A stretch of DNA of 64,000 nucleotides from Chlamydiales bacterium. GTDB taxonomy: Bacteria > Chlamydiota > Chlamydiia > Chlamydiales > JAAKFR01. This document shows, piece by piece, positions 35,035 to 44,227 of this stretch; the first letter of the stretch is position 1, and each line of letters starts with the position of its first letter. The notes below the pieces were generated by a model that saw only the letters and a list, made by a program, of their open reading frames with translations, was not told the origin of the DNA and did not search any database. The DNA lies in contig JAFIGI010000059.1 in NCBI GenBank assembly GCA_020831465.1, positions 1,357 to 65,356 of the forward strand. Direction: 5' to 3'. A program made the position numbers and the translations under genes.

Positions 35035-36414
35035 TCACAACATTTTTTCGGGTTGCACGATCCGGTCAAACTCCTCTTCGGAGAGAAAGCCCAGCTCCAG
35101 ACACGCCTCCTTCAGGGTCATATTCTCATGGAAGGCCTTGTGAGCCGTTTGGGCCGCTTTATCGTAACCGATCACCGGACTTAAGGCTGTCACCAACATG
35201 AGAGATCTTTCGAGATTTTTTTTAATGCGCGCGTGGTTAGGTTTCAACCCGCTAACGAAATATTCGGAAAATGAGCGCAACCCGTCAGAGAGAAGAATCA
35301 GGGAGTCGAGAAAATTGTGGATGATCATCGGCTTGAAGACATTGAGTTCAAAATTTCCGCGCGAACCTGCAATGCTGACAGCCTGATCGTTCCCCATGAC
35401 GTGGACGCAAATCATCGTCAGTGCCTCGCATTGGGTAGGATTGACTTTACCGGGCATGATGGAAGAGCCGGGTTCGTTTTCCGGAAAGAGCAGCTCCCCC
35501 AAACCGCAGCGGGGACCGGAGCCGAGAAAGCTTAAATCGGTTGCGATCTTGATCAAAGAGACGGCCAACGATTTTAACGCTCCATGCGCGGCCACAAGAG
35601 GATCGTGCGTCGCGAGAGCGGCAAATTTATTCGGTGCGGGGACAAAGGGAAGATGGGTATAGTGCGCGATTTTTTTGCACACCCTTTCCGAGAACTCTTT
35701 CGGAGCACTAAAACCCGTGCCCACAGCCGTTCCGCCGATCGCAAGTTCGTAGAGGCGAGGAATACTCATTTCGATCCGCTCAAGATTCTGATCAATTTGC
35801 TCGACATAACCTGAAAACTCCTGACCGAGAGTGATAGGAACGGCATCCATCAGATGAGTGCGGCCGATTTTAACAATCTTTTGAAACTCTTGAGCCTTTT
35901 GATGCAAGACCTCGCGCAGCTTTCTTACCATCGGTAAAAGGCGGAAGTTGAGAGAGGTTGCGGCGGCGATATGCATCGCCGTGGGGAAAGCATCATTGGA
36001 AGATTGGGAAAGGTTCACATCGTCATTAGGATGAATAGGCTTCTTGCTGCCGATCACTCCGCCTGCAAGCTCGATCGCCCTATTGGCGATCACCTCGTTG
36101 ACATTCATGTTTGTCTGAGTCCCGCTCCCCGTCTGCCATATGCTCAGAGGGAAATGGGCATTCAATAATCCGTCAGCTACCTCTTCCGCAGCCTGCGAGA
36201 TAAGCCCTTTTTTTTCTTCAGAGATCAGACCAAGTTCGAAATTAACTTGAGCAGCCGCCTTCTTGATCATCCCCAGGGCACGGATGACCGGGATGGGCAT
36301 TTTATCGAGTCCGATATTGAAATGAATGAGGGAGCGTGCCGTTTGCGCTCCGTAATAAGCTGAGGCTTGAACCTCGACCTCCCCCATACTGTCTGATTCG
36401 GTGCGTCTTTCCAT
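35035..36414 (-). CDS. fumC: Class II fumarate hydratase
   Basis: [32 protein letters not shown] aligns with the E. coli FumC N-terminus. [17 protein letters not shown] is the fumarate lyase signature. The track start at 36423 is a TTG, so I chose the ATG at 36414. Confidence 0.93.
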   Translation of the reverse strand: MERRTESDSMGEVEVQASAYYGAQTARSLIHFNIGLDKMPIPVIRALGMIKKAAAQVNFELGLISEEKKGLISQAAEEVADGLLNAHFPLSIWQTGSGTQTNMNVNEVIANRAIELAGGVIGSKKPIHPNDDVNLSQSSNDAFPTAMHIAAATSLNFRLLPMVRKLREVLHQKAQEFQKIVKIGRTHLMDAVPITLGQEFSGYVEQIDQNLERIEMSIPRLYELAIGGTAVGTGFSAPKEFSERVCKKIAHYTHLPFVPAPNKFAALATHDPLVAAHGALKSLAVSLIKIATDLSFLGSGPRCGLGELLFPENEPGSSIMPGKVNPTQCEALTMICVHVMGNDQAVSIAGSRGNFELNVFKPMIIHNFLDSLILLSDGLRSFSEYFVSGLKPNHARIKKNLERSLMLVTALSPVIGYDKAAQTAHKAFHENMTLKEACLELGFLSEEEFDRIVQPEKML

Positions 36415-36469
36415 GCTCGACAAAGGTTTTACCTTGACTCGTCAAGAAGGCAAAAGTAAACTTTACACA

Positions 36470-38203
36470 ATGTCTAAGAAGGTTGCACTTTTTTTTCTTT
36501 CTTTTCTATTCTTTTTTGGAATTTGGGAATTATCAGCGCGTGCTCTTCCCAACCTGCTCTTTATTCTTCCCGCGCCTTCAGAAATCTTATGCACCCTTTG
36601 GGAACTCCGCTCCCGCTTTTGCATCCATACCCTCTGCACCCTAAAAGAGATGCTGGGAGGATTTTTTTTGGCCCTGGCCGCCGCATTTCCTCTCGCCTGG
36701 ATGATGATGCGCTATCAGAGCTCCCGCTCCCTTCTTCAACCCCTTTTTATTGTCATCCAATGCCTTCCGATGTTCACCCTTGCTCCTATCATGGTGATCT
36801 GGTTCGGTTGGAGCTTCACCGCAATCGTCATTCCAACGGCCTTGATGATTTTTTTTCCTCTCACGCTCAACATCTATCAAGGACTTCGCTCTACCCCCAA
36901 AGACCTTCTGGAATTTTTTCAAACAAATCAAGCGAGCTCCTGGCAAACCTTCTTCAAACTCCGCCTTCCTTGGGCCGTTCCTCATATTTCCGCCGGCTTC
37001 CGGATCTCGTCCGCAATTGCAGGGGTCGGAGCTGTCGCAGGAGAATGGGCCGGAGCGCAAAATGGACTTGGCATGTTGATGCTCGAAAGCCGCCGCAATA
37101 CCGACCTCGAAGTGACTTTTGGCGCTCTCTTTTGCCTGACCGTCATCAGCTCGCTCCTCTATGGAGTCATTCTCTACTTTGAGAAAATCGCTCTACCACC
37201 TAGAAAGTGGAAACCTTCCTTTAAAGGGCTTAGGGTAAGGCCGGTCGCAATCAAAAAAAAGAGAGTGGCACTGCCGTTTTTCATTTTTGCGATCCTTCTC
37301 TTTGTTTTATTCGGCTGCAAGAAAAAAGAGGAGAAAACGACGCGCCTCCTTCTCGACTGGCTACCGAACCCGAACCATATCCCCCTCTATGTCGGCCTCG
37401 AAAAAAATTTTTTTCAAGAAGAGGGCATCAACCTCTTTATCCTAAAAATGCAAGATAATGGGGGAGGAATCTCTTATTTAACATCGGGTCAAGCCGATCT
37501 TTTGGTCAGCCATATGCCGGGAACGCTCAAAGCGTGTTCCCGGGGAGCCGACATTAAACTTGTCGGCCTTCTAATCAAAGAGCCTCTATCGGGTTTCATC
37601 TACAGAGTAGATCCAAAAATCCAAAAACCTGAAGATCTTACAGGCTTTACACTCGGCTACTGCCTTGGAGGACCCGACACCTCCTTCCTTGACTTCCTTC
37701 TTGATTATGGAAAGATCAAACCGGCCGGACGGAAGAATGTCAGCGTTGATTTAATCTCGCCAATGGGAACCGGGAGCGTAGACTTCATCTTCGGGGGTTT
37801 CTGGAATATCGAACCTGCTCAGCTCCGTTCGCTTGGAGTCCGGACAGACCATTTCCCCATTCAGGAATTCGGGGTTCCTAGATATTACGAAATGATCATA
37901 CTGGCAAATGGCGGAACTAGGGAGAGCTCCCCTGCATTTGCGGATGCTTTTCAAAGAGCACTGGATAAAAGCATCAGATTCTGCCAAACCGATCCTGATG
38001 AAGCCTTTCTCTGTTACCAGCGGCATAACCCCGACAGGCGTTCAAAGACTCTGGCATGGGAACGAGAGGCTTGGGATCTCACTTACCCTCTCCTTGCAGA
38101 CAACCAGGATATTGATATTCATTTGCTAGGAGAGTTTAAATACTGGATGGAAGATAAGGGGATTATATCTAAATCATTCAGTATTGAGAAGATCATTCCT
38201 TAA
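36470..38203 (+). CDS. Fused ABC-transporter permease (NitT/TauT/ThiX-like) and NMT1/THI5-like (ThiY-like) substrate-binding domain
   Basis: The start is set at the ATG at 36470 (MSKKVALFFLSFLFFFGIW). The N-terminal ~260 aa form a BPD-type permease with the EAA loop (LRSTPKDLLEFFQTNQASSWQTFFKLRLPWAVPHI). A TM linker follows, then LLLDWLPNPNHIPLYVGLEKNFFQEEGINL, which is typical of NMT1/THI5-type binding proteins. Confidence 0.75.
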   Translation: MSKKVALFFLSFLFFFGIWELSARALPNLLFILPAPSEILCTLWELRSRFCIHTLCTLKEMLGGFFLALAAAFPLAWMMMRYQSSRSLLQPLFIVIQCLPMFTLAPIMVIWFGWSFTAIVIPTALMIFFPLTLNIYQGLRSTPKDLLEFFQTNQASSWQTFFKLRLPWAVPHISAGFRISSAIAGVGAVAGEWAGAQNGLGMLMLESRRNTDLEVTFGALFCLTVISSLLYGVILYFEKIALPPRKWKPSFKGLRVRPVAIKKKRVALPFFIFAILLFVLFGCKKKEEKTTRLLLDWLPNPNHIPLYVGLEKNFFQEEGINLFILKMQDNGGGISYLTSGQADLLVSHMPGTLKACSRGADIKLVGLLIKEPLSGFIYRVDPKIQKPEDLTGFTLGYCLGGPDTSFLDFLLDYGKIKPAGRKNVSVDLISPMGTGSVDFIFGGFWNIEPAQLRSLGVRTDHFPIQEFGVPRYYEMIILANGGTRESSPAFADAFQRALDKSIRFCQTDPDEAFLCYQRHNPDRRSKTLAWEREAWDLTYPLLADNQDIDIHLLGEFKYWMEDKGIISKSFSIEKIIP

Positions 38204-38205
38204 TT

Positions 38206-39123
38206 ATGGGCGAAAAATTTACTATTCTTTTGATTGAAGATGAACAAGAGGATCTTGCGTGCATACAAGATGCCCTGAATAAATTGCATGACAAGGGGAT
38301 AGAATTCACAATCAAGAGCGTCGCGACAATTAAGGAAGCGACCGCCCTCTTGGTCGAAAATGAATACGACCTCATTTTGACCGATCTCTATCTCAAAGAT
38401 AGCAGCAGTGTCGAAACGATTCGAAAAATCCAGGAGGCCTCTTCCACAATTCCAATAATCGCGACCTCTGAGCATGCAGACGAGGAGGTGATTCGGCAGA
38501 TCATCCGTCTAGGAGCACAAGACTATCTCACAAAGGAAGAACTCGACCCTGCACATTTACAAAGAGTCATCTACGCTTCCGTGGAGCGCAACAGGCTTCA
38601 ACAAAGTTTAAGAGCCCTCTCCTTTACCGACGAAATGACGGGATTGTATAACCGCCGGGGTTTTTTTACTCTTTTAGAGCAACAACTCCTACTTTCAAAA
38701 CGAACCCGCCAAGGATTTTTCCTATTCGTCATTGATCTCGACTACCTCAAAGTAATCAACGATACTTATGGTCACCCTGCCGGCGATCGCGCTCTGATGG
38801 ACGTGGCAGACTGCCTCCAGCTCTCATTCAGGCATCACGACATTGTCGGTCGGATTGGAGGTGATGAGTTCGCCGTCATTGCGATTAATGCCGCTGAAGA
38901 TAGCTTCGATCATATCAAGCATAAAATCCATTATAAATTTCAGGAACAAAACGAACGCTCTACGGAACCCTATCAGCTTGGCATTAGTATGGGAGCTGCC
39001 TATTTCTCGGGTCACGGCGAGATTTCGATCCAAGACCTATTCAATAAGGCAGACAAATCCCTTTATGAGGCGAAAAAAGAGGCCCACATAAAACTTACGT
39101 TACGCAAAAATGAAGGATCATAG
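38206..39123 (+). CDS. Response-regulator receiver domain fused to a GGDEF diguanylate cyclase (PleD/WspR-like)
   Basis: The REC domain has ILLIEDEQEDL...DLILTDLYLKDSS...PIIATS. The GGDEF domain has DEMTGLYNRRGF, DLDYLKVINDTYGHPAGD and RHHDIVGRIGGDEFAVI, giving an intact GGDEF motif with an RxxD I-site 5 residues upstream. It starts 3 nt after the preceding gene. Confidence 0.85.
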   Translation: MGEKFTILLIEDEQEDLACIQDALNKLHDKGIEFTIKSVATIKEATALLVENEYDLILTDLYLKDSSSVETIRKIQEASSTIPIIATSEHADEEVIRQIIRLGAQDYLTKEELDPAHLQRVIYASVERNRLQQSLRALSFTDEMTGLYNRRGFFTLLEQQLLLSKRTRQGFFLFVIDLDYLKVINDTYGHPAGDRALMDVADCLQLSFRHHDIVGRIGGDEFAVIAINAAEDSFDHIKHKIHYKFQEQNERSTEPYQLGISMGAAYFSGHGEISIQDLFNKADKSLYEAKKEAHIKLTLRKNEGS

Positions 39124-39134
39124 AAATATGATAA

Positions 39135-39764
39135 TCAAATTTTGTCAGGGCCGCGGGAAAGAAGGTGCGATAAACGGACAAGTACGTCGCGTAAAACCTC
39201 AAAGGGCTTTTGGGTTCCGTCAACTCGCGAAATCAAATGGGGGGGATAAAAATCTAAAATCTTCCCCAAATCCTCTTGATAAATCTTGATCCGCTTCTCC
39301 AGTACGCTTGTTTCAATATCGTCAAACCTTCCCTCGATACGCGCCCTGAACTGCATTCTCCGAAGCAGCTCTTTCATATTCGAAATCTCCAGAACAATAA
39401 TATGACGGACTTTGACAAACTCTTGAATCTGTTCAGCCTGAGCTAAAGTCCGGGGAATGCCGTCAAGCAAAAGATCTTGAGATTCTGGATAATACGAATT
39501 CGTTGCTATCAGTCCTTGGACATAATATTTCCAAATCTCGATGGTCGCCTCATCAGGAAGGAGCGCTCCTTTGCTTGCATAGGAATAATAGAGCTTACCC
39601 GCAGGCGAAGAGAGCGGAAGGGTGCGAAAGATATCTCCCGATGAGAGATGGTATTGCATCCCGGAACTTGCTAAAAATTTTCCCAAGGTTCCTTTACCGG
39701 CTCCGGGTGGGCCGAATAAGAGAATAGCAGAAAATTTGCCTTGGTATGGTTCAATCAACCCCAT
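39135..39764 (-). CDS. adk: Adenylate kinase family protein (short LID type)
   Basis: LLFGPPGAGKGTLGKFLA is the P-loop. HLSSGDIFR corresponds to the STGD.LR motif, and LLDGIPRTLAQAE corresponds to the DGFPRT..QA motif. Confidence 0.78.
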   Translation of the reverse strand: MGLIEPYQGKFSAILLFGPPGAGKGTLGKFLASSGMQYHLSSGDIFRTLPLSSPAGKLYYSYASKGALLPDEATIEIWKYYVQGLIATNSYYPESQDLLLDGIPRTLAQAEQIQEFVKVRHIIVLEISNMKELLRRMQFRARIEGRFDDIETSVLEKRIKIYQEDLGKILDFYPPHLISRVDGTQKPFEVLRDVLVRLSHLLSRGPDKI

Positions 39765-39844
39765 AGTTCTATTTTATTGAATTTCCCAGGCCTTTTAAAG
39801 TACAATTTGCGCGAATATTAACATCCCCTATCACGGATCTGCAA

Positions 39845-40435
39845 GTGAACAGTTACGGAAATTTTTTTGGAATTACGGTTACCCTATTCTTGGTTATTGA
39901 TTCGTTAGGGAATATCCCAACCTATCTATCTTTGATTAAACCCTATAATAAAGCCCAGAGACGTTATATCGCACTCCGCGAGTTGCTCATTGCTTTGGGA
40001 ATCATGATCATATTTCACTACTTTGGACAGATCCTCCTCTCTCTGCTTGGTGTCTCTGCTACAACAGTACAGATTGCGGGAGGACTTATTTTATTTTTGA
40101 TTGCGATTCGCCTGATCTTTTCTAATGACGAAGAGAGACCTAAATGGGAAGAGCAAAAACTGCTGATCTTTCCAATCGCGACTCCCCTTATCGCAGGCCC
40201 CTCCGTTCTCGCGGCAATCATGATCTTCGCCCAAGATGAACCCTCAGCTCTCATCGTCCTGGGGGCCACGTGCGTCGCCTGGCTCCTCTCAAGCCTGATT
40301 TTATTTTTTGCACAGCCAATTCATCATCTACTTAAAGACAAGGGACTCTTGGCGTGTCAGCGCCTGATGGGGCTGATTGTGGCGATTATCGCAGTTCAAC
40401 TATTTCTCGAAGGCGTAGAAGGGATTATCAAATGA
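39845..40435 (+). CDS. MarC-family (UPF0056) integral membrane protein
   Basis: It has a GTG start. FLVIDSLGNIPTYLSL and IAGGLILFLIAIRLIF...IFPIATPLIAGPSVLAA are typical MarC motifs. Confidence 0.75.
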   Translation: MNSYGNFFGITVTLFLVIDSLGNIPTYLSLIKPYNKAQRRYIALRELLIALGIMIIFHYFGQILLSLLGVSATTVQIAGGLILFLIAIRLIFSNDEERPKWEEQKLLIFPIATPLIAGPSVLAAIMIFAQDEPSALIVLGATCVAWLLSSLILFFAQPIHHLLKDKGLLACQRLMGLIVAIIAVQLFLEGVEGIIK

Positions 40436-41022
40436 TTAACGACTTATTCCACATGTCTTTTCTCTTTCTTATCGTGATGGATCCATTGGGCAATGTCCCG
40501 ATATTCGTAGGGGTATTAAGAGCTTTTGATCCTGAACGGCAACGTAAAATCATCTTCCGCGAGCTCTTGATCGCCCTCGCAATCATGATCATCTTTCTCT
40601 TCTTCGGCCAGGGATTTTTCCGAATTCTCCACGTCTCCCCCTCCTCCCTGCAAATGGCCGGTGGGATCATCCTGTTTATCATCGCCCTCCGCATGATCTT
40701 CTCTCTCCCCGGACAAAATAAAGGGGGGCGCATCGCAAAAGACCCCTTGATCGTGCCTCTTGCCGTTCCGGCTGTAGCCGGACCTGCGATTTTGGCCACT
40801 ATGACCCTTTATGGGGGAACCGCTGATAACAAATGGCTCGTCCTATTAGCTGTTTTTATTGCTTGGCTTTTCTTACTTCCAACCCTGATCTTCTCTCCCT
40901 ACCTAAAAAAACTCCTTGGCGACAACGGAATCGTCGCCGCCGAGCGGCTATTCGGCTATATCGTCGTTCTCGTTTCGACACAAATGGCTCTAAGCGGCTT
41001 GACTTCAGCACTCGGCAGATGA
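40432..41022 (+). CDS. MarC-family (UPF0056) integral membrane protein, tandem paralogue
   Basis: It has an ATGA overlap with the previous gene. The motifs are FLIVMDPLGNVPIFVGVL and MAGGIILFIIALRMIF...IVPLAVPAVAGPAILAT. Confidence 0.75.
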   Translation: MINDLFHMSFLFLIVMDPLGNVPIFVGVLRAFDPERQRKIIFRELLIALAIMIIFLFFGQGFFRILHVSPSSLQMAGGIILFIIALRMIFSLPGQNKGGRIAKDPLIVPLAVPAVAGPAILATMTLYGGTADNKWLVLLAVFIAWLFLLPTLIFSPYLKKLLGDNGIVAAERLFGYIVVLVSTQMALSGLTSALGR

Positions 41023-41753
41023 AAAATTTGTGTTTGACCATCTCTTATGACGGATCACCCTTTCTAGGATGGCAAAAAACAAACGCAGGTCCTTCAGTAG
41101 AAGGGAGTTTGCAAAATGTTTTAGAGCAAATCCTCCAAGAACCTGTCTGCTTACAAGCGGCAAGCCGCACAGATCGCGGGGTTCACGCGTTTGGGCAGGT
41201 CGTGAATTTCTTTACAAAGAAGGCCCCTCCAAAAATCATCAGCATCAACCGTTTGCTTCCGGATACCGTCCGCGTTTTAGATATGCGGATCATGCCCTCA
41301 GACTTTCATCCTTCCCTAGACGCAAGAGGGAAACTCTACTCATACAACATCTGTTTCGGCCCATTGCAGCTCCCCTTCCATCGAGCCTTCTCTTGGCACG
41401 TTCCGGCGGAGTTTGAATTAAGTTTTATGCGTCAAGCGGCCGACCTCTTGACAGGTGAACATGACTTCTCTTCCTTTTGCAACGTGCACGAGAATCTCAA
41501 CTACTCCCACAAATATCGTCGCATCGACCGGATTGATTTCACCCTAATCGAGCCAGGCCGCTTGCGGATCGACATTAAAGGAAACCACTTTCTCTATAAG
41601 ATGGCGCGTAATATCGTCGGCACGCTCGCCTACGTCGCGATGGGAAAATTAGCCGTTGAAGCGATTCCCGAAATCTTGGCCGCGAAAGAACGGCCGTTCG
41701 CCGGTATCACGGCGCCCGCCCACGGACTCACTTTACAGAAGGTTTACTATTAG
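41019..41753 (+). CDS. truA: tRNA pseudouridine(38-40) synthase
   Basis: It is trimmed to the ATG at 41019, which has an ATGA overlap with the marC paralogue. MKNLCLTISYDGSPFLGWQKT and ASRTDRGVHAFGQVVNF (with the catalytic Asp) are TruA motifs. Confidence 0.88.
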   Translation: MKNLCLTISYDGSPFLGWQKTNAGPSVEGSLQNVLEQILQEPVCLQAASRTDRGVHAFGQVVNFFTKKAPPKIISINRLLPDTVRVLDMRIMPSDFHPSLDARGKLYSYNICFGPLQLPFHRAFSWHVPAEFELSFMRQAADLLTGEHDFSSFCNVHENLNYSHKYRRIDRIDFTLIEPGRLRIDIKGNHFLYKMARNIVGTLAYVAMGKLAVEAIPEILAAKERPFAGITAPAHGLTLQKVYY

Positions 41754-41768
41754 CTATACTCATATCTT

Positions 41769-42644
41769 ATGATTGGAAGAAACGACCCCTGTTGGTGTGG
41801 GAGCGGCATCAAATGGAAGAAATGCCACTATCCCCAAGAGCCACACCTCTCAGAGCAGAACAAGCTTGCCGAGCACTATTTGAAAAACTACCGAATAGTT
41901 TTGAAAACCCCCAAGCAGATCGAAGGGATCAAACGCGCCTGCAAGCTCGCTGCGCAGATTCTAGATGCACTCTGCAAAAAGGCAAGGGCAGGAGTGACAA
42001 CAAATGAACTCGACGCCTATGCCGTGCAACTGCATAACGAGGCTGGTGCTCGTGCCGCACCCTATCATTACGGAGAGCCTCCCTTTCCCAAAAGCATCTG
42101 CACTTCGCTCAATAATGTGATTTGCCATGGCATTCCCAACGACGACCCTCTCAAAGAAGGGGATATCATGAATATCGACGTTTCGGTGGTATTAGACGGC
42201 TTCTATGGCGATTGCAGCCGCATGGTCAAAATAGGCGGCATCTCTCCCGAAAAGCAGCTCGTCTACGATGTATCCCATGAATGTCTGAGGCGTGCCATTG
42301 AGGTCGTAAAACCGGGAGCGATGCTTTATGAGATCGGCGATGCGATTGAAGATTACGCTGCCGAAAAGAAATGCTCGGTCGTTCACCAATTTGTCGGCCA
42401 TGGCGTGGGGGTCGAATTCCATGAACCGCCTCAAGTTCCTCACCACCGCAACCGAGTCAAAATTCCCCTCGCGCCGGGGATGACCTTCACGATTGAGCCG
42501 ATGATCAATGCGGGCGTCCCTGAGGCGGTAATCGACCCGGTTACTCAATGGATCGCGACTACTAAAGACGGCAAGCCGAGCGCCCAGTGGGAACATACGA
42601 TCCTCGTAACCGATAGCAGCTGCGAAATCCTAACATCACCTTAA
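41769..42644 (+). CDS. map: Type I methionine aminopeptidase with an N-terminal SEC-C zinc-binding motif
   Basis: GRNDPCWCGSGIKWKKCH is the SEC-C motif. VICHGIP, NIDVSVVLDGFYGDCSRM, VGHGVG..FHE and TIEPMIN...WEHT are the MetAP metal ligands. Confidence 0.9.
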   Translation: MIGRNDPCWCGSGIKWKKCHYPQEPHLSEQNKLAEHYLKNYRIVLKTPKQIEGIKRACKLAAQILDALCKKARAGVTTNELDAYAVQLHNEAGARAAPYHYGEPPFPKSICTSLNNVICHGIPNDDPLKEGDIMNIDVSVVLDGFYGDCSRMVKIGGISPEKQLVYDVSHECLRRAIEVVKPGAMLYEIGDAIEDYAAEKKCSVVHQFVGHGVGVEFHEPPQVPHHRNRVKIPLAPGMTFTIEPMINAGVPEAVIDPVTQWIATTKDGKPSAQWEHTILVTDSSCEILTSP

Positions 42645-42716
42645 AAACTTAAGATAAGATCTTATAAAATCAAGGTGTGGAACCCAGATATATCCCTAGG
42701 TTGGCGGGTGAACGCA

Positions 42717-42748
42717 TATAGCAGAATCAGTTGAAAAATTTACATTTT
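42717..42748 (+). repeat. Dispersed repeat R (TATAGCAGAATCAGTTGAAAAATTTACATTTT)
   Basis: This exact 32-mer also occurs at 43806. A 31-nt copy is at 44173, a 24-nt copy is at 61982 (reverse complement), and 14-17-nt cores are at 29508 and 30547. Confidence 0.9.
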
Positions 42749-42775
42749 CACCGCGCAAGAATTTCCTGGCTTTCA

Positions 42776-43426
42776 TTACTCGCAAGCCCAAGGATTAATA
42801 ACCTTTAAAGTGCAATAAAAAAGATCATGAATAATCCCGGTGGCACATAATCCACGATATGCAGTTTTGTTTAGAAAAGGTAGCTTGCCCAATGTTATAA
42901 GGGAGAAAGCAGCGGCTATCAGACCAATAATACCATCGACAATACGGGTAATAACGAAAGTAATCGCCAAAAGCACATAAGTTAAGCGCGAAGCTACATG
43001 TTTTTTAAAAAAATTTTTTGATTTAAAGTAATTCTCCGCCAGATTATCAAGCTTCTCAGAAGGATAAGGAGTACAAATCCCCGGATGAACTTCATCAAAA
43101 CCTCGGATAGGAGGAAGTTTTGCAGTAGGATTCAAGGTTTTAAGGAGGTTGACATAAGGTTTTGAGACGATATCAAATGAACTCTCTAGAAAATTAAAAA
43201 AGAAATTTATAGTTTTTTTGTGTTTGCCTGCAGTAGCAAGAGCAGGAATAGCAGCACAAGCCCCTATCGCCGTATCAACGATACTAGTAATTGCTGACAC
43301 TGGAACTAAAGAGAGATAGGCTCCTCTAATTCCAAACTTTTCACTATGAGAGTCAGAGAGAGAATAATCTTTGTCAAGTTTCTGCTCGACTACATTTAGG
43401 AATTCTAGGTTTAAACTTTTGATCAT
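42776..43426 (-). CDS. Hypothetical membrane protein, family A copy 1 (two hydrophobic domains; Inc-like?)
   Basis: It is trimmed to the ATG at 43426 (MIKSLNLEFLNVVEQKL...), which has a GAGGGA RBS. It is a paralogue of 44228..44875. The hydrophobic segments are LSLVPVSAITSIVDTAIGACAAIPALATAG and LTYVLLAITFVITRIVDGIIGLIAAAFSLITLG. Confidence 0.65.
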   Translation of the reverse strand: MIKSLNLEFLNVVEQKLDKDYSLSDSHSEKFGIRGAYLSLVPVSAITSIVDTAIGACAAIPALATAGKHKKTINFFFNFLESSFDIVSKPYVNLLKTLNPTAKLPPIRGFDEVHPGICTPYPSEKLDNLAENYFKSKNFFKKHVASRLTYVLLAITFVITRIVDGIIGLIAAAFSLITLGKLPFLNKTAYRGLCATGIIHDLFYCTLKVINPWACE

Positions 43427-43555
43427 CTTCCCTCTACTTTTAACTTTTAAAGATCTTTTCGGGAAACATTGTAGCAACAAAATATTAAGATATCATCAAT
43501 AAAAAGCTGAGTTTTTGGGCGGGCACGGGAAAAGTTGGACCACTCAGAAGTTATC

Positions 43556-43810
43556 CTGGAAAGCCCTTGATGGCGAGGGTTGCTAGCTCTTCAAGCGTGG
43601 TCACCTCTTCTTCAAGGGAAAGGAGTTCTTCAGTCAAATGCCCCGTTTGCTTTTCGAAATAGGCTGCCTCTCCGCGATCGGGTGCACAAGCAGTCAGCTC
43701 TTTCTCGTGTTCCAAAGCCATTAGTTTCTCTTCCTTTAGGAAAAGGTCTTTTCGCGTTTGGGCAAAATGCGCGCTTTCTCTTCGAATTGGGTGCGCAGTT
43801 CATTGTATAG
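43556..43810 (-). pseudogene. Degenerate duplicate of the 3' end (~80 codons) of the coiled-coil gene at 45006..46373
   Basis: It aligns with 45006..45260. It carries indels (GGAAAGCCC versus AGAAGCCC; TTTTGCCCAAACG versus TTTTGTCCCAAACG) that break the frame, and the stop codon has changed to TGG. It is truncated at TATAG, where a copy of R begins. Confidence 0.8.
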
Positions 43811-43837
43811 CAGAATCAGTTGAAAAATTTACATTTT
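43806..43837 (+). repeat. Dispersed repeat R, copy at a recombination junction
   Basis: This identical 32-mer shares its first 5 nt (TATAG) with the last 5 nt of the duplicated gene fragment. Confidence 0.9.
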
Positions 43838-43904
43838 GACCTCCGCTTCTCAGATGTTGCCGATTCTGCAACCTTACTTTATTCATTTATTTTCGATTAT
43901 TGGT

Positions 43905-44035
43905 ATAAATTTGTTCCTTAAGCGATTCAATTTTTGCTTCCGCGTCCTGCATGATATTTTGGGTTTGCTCATCTTGCTCGATGATTACACGCGCTTTTTT
44001 CGCTTCAGCGACAAAATGGGCCTTTTGGGAAGTGA
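43905..44035 (-). pseudogene. Internal ~130-nt fragment of the coiled-coil gene (equivalent to 45645..45775)
   Basis: The track ORF 43887..44075 translates to ...TSQKAHFVAEAKKARVIIEQDEQTQNIMQDAEAKIESLKEQIY. This is near-identical to residues of the intact protein (LTSQKAHFVTEAKKARVIIEQDEQTQNIIQDAEAKIESLKEQIY). The flanks are unrelated. Confidence 0.8.
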
Positions 44036-44172
44036 TCCCGCAACCAGTATTGTTGATCTCAATGGGCGGGCTCATGGTCAGGGTAATCTTTATCTCGCTT
44101 CAATCGGGTTGATTCGACAACCGATTGGAACTAACCCGAACCTGCCTAGCACTGCGCAAGCTTTAAAAACAG

Positions 44173-44203
44173 TATAGCAGAATCAGTTGAAAAATTTACA
44201 TTT
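44173..44203 (+). repeat. Dispersed repeat R (31 nt)
   Basis: The sequence is TATAGCAGAATCAGTTGAAAAATTTACATTT, one T shorter than the other long copies. Confidence 0.9.
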
Positions 44204-44227
44204 CACCGCGCAAGAATTTCCTGGCTT

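Larger units (their letters stand above)
42715..43810. repeat. Segmental duplication, copy 1 (~1.1 kb): repeat R, membrane-protein gene and 3' fragment of the coiled-coil gene
   Basis: It is collinear with 44171..45260 at roughly 85-90 percent identity by eye. Both copies begin exactly at TATAGCAGAATCAG and end at ...GCGCAGTTCATTGTATAG. Confidence 0.88.

Noticed and set aside
36523-37182. 219-aa ORF on the plus strand in an alternative frame inside the ABC permease gene.
   Set aside because: It lies entirely within a gene with clear family motifs. The translation is Pro/Ser/Arg-rich with no motif, which is typical of an off-frame reading of a membrane-protein gene.
43836-44177. 113-aa plus-strand ORF that spans the region between two R copies.
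   Set aside because: It runs antisense across a recognisable fragment of the coiled-coil gene and otherwise crosses junk junction sequence. It has no RBS, so I treat it as an artefact of the mosaic.
42717-44203. Three identical ~32-nt repeats, which raised the question of a CRISPR array.
   Set aside because: The spacings are ~1.06 kb and ~0.34 kb, not 25-50 nt. The intervening DNA is genes and gene fragments, and no cas genes are present. This is a dispersed repeat, not a CRISPR array.
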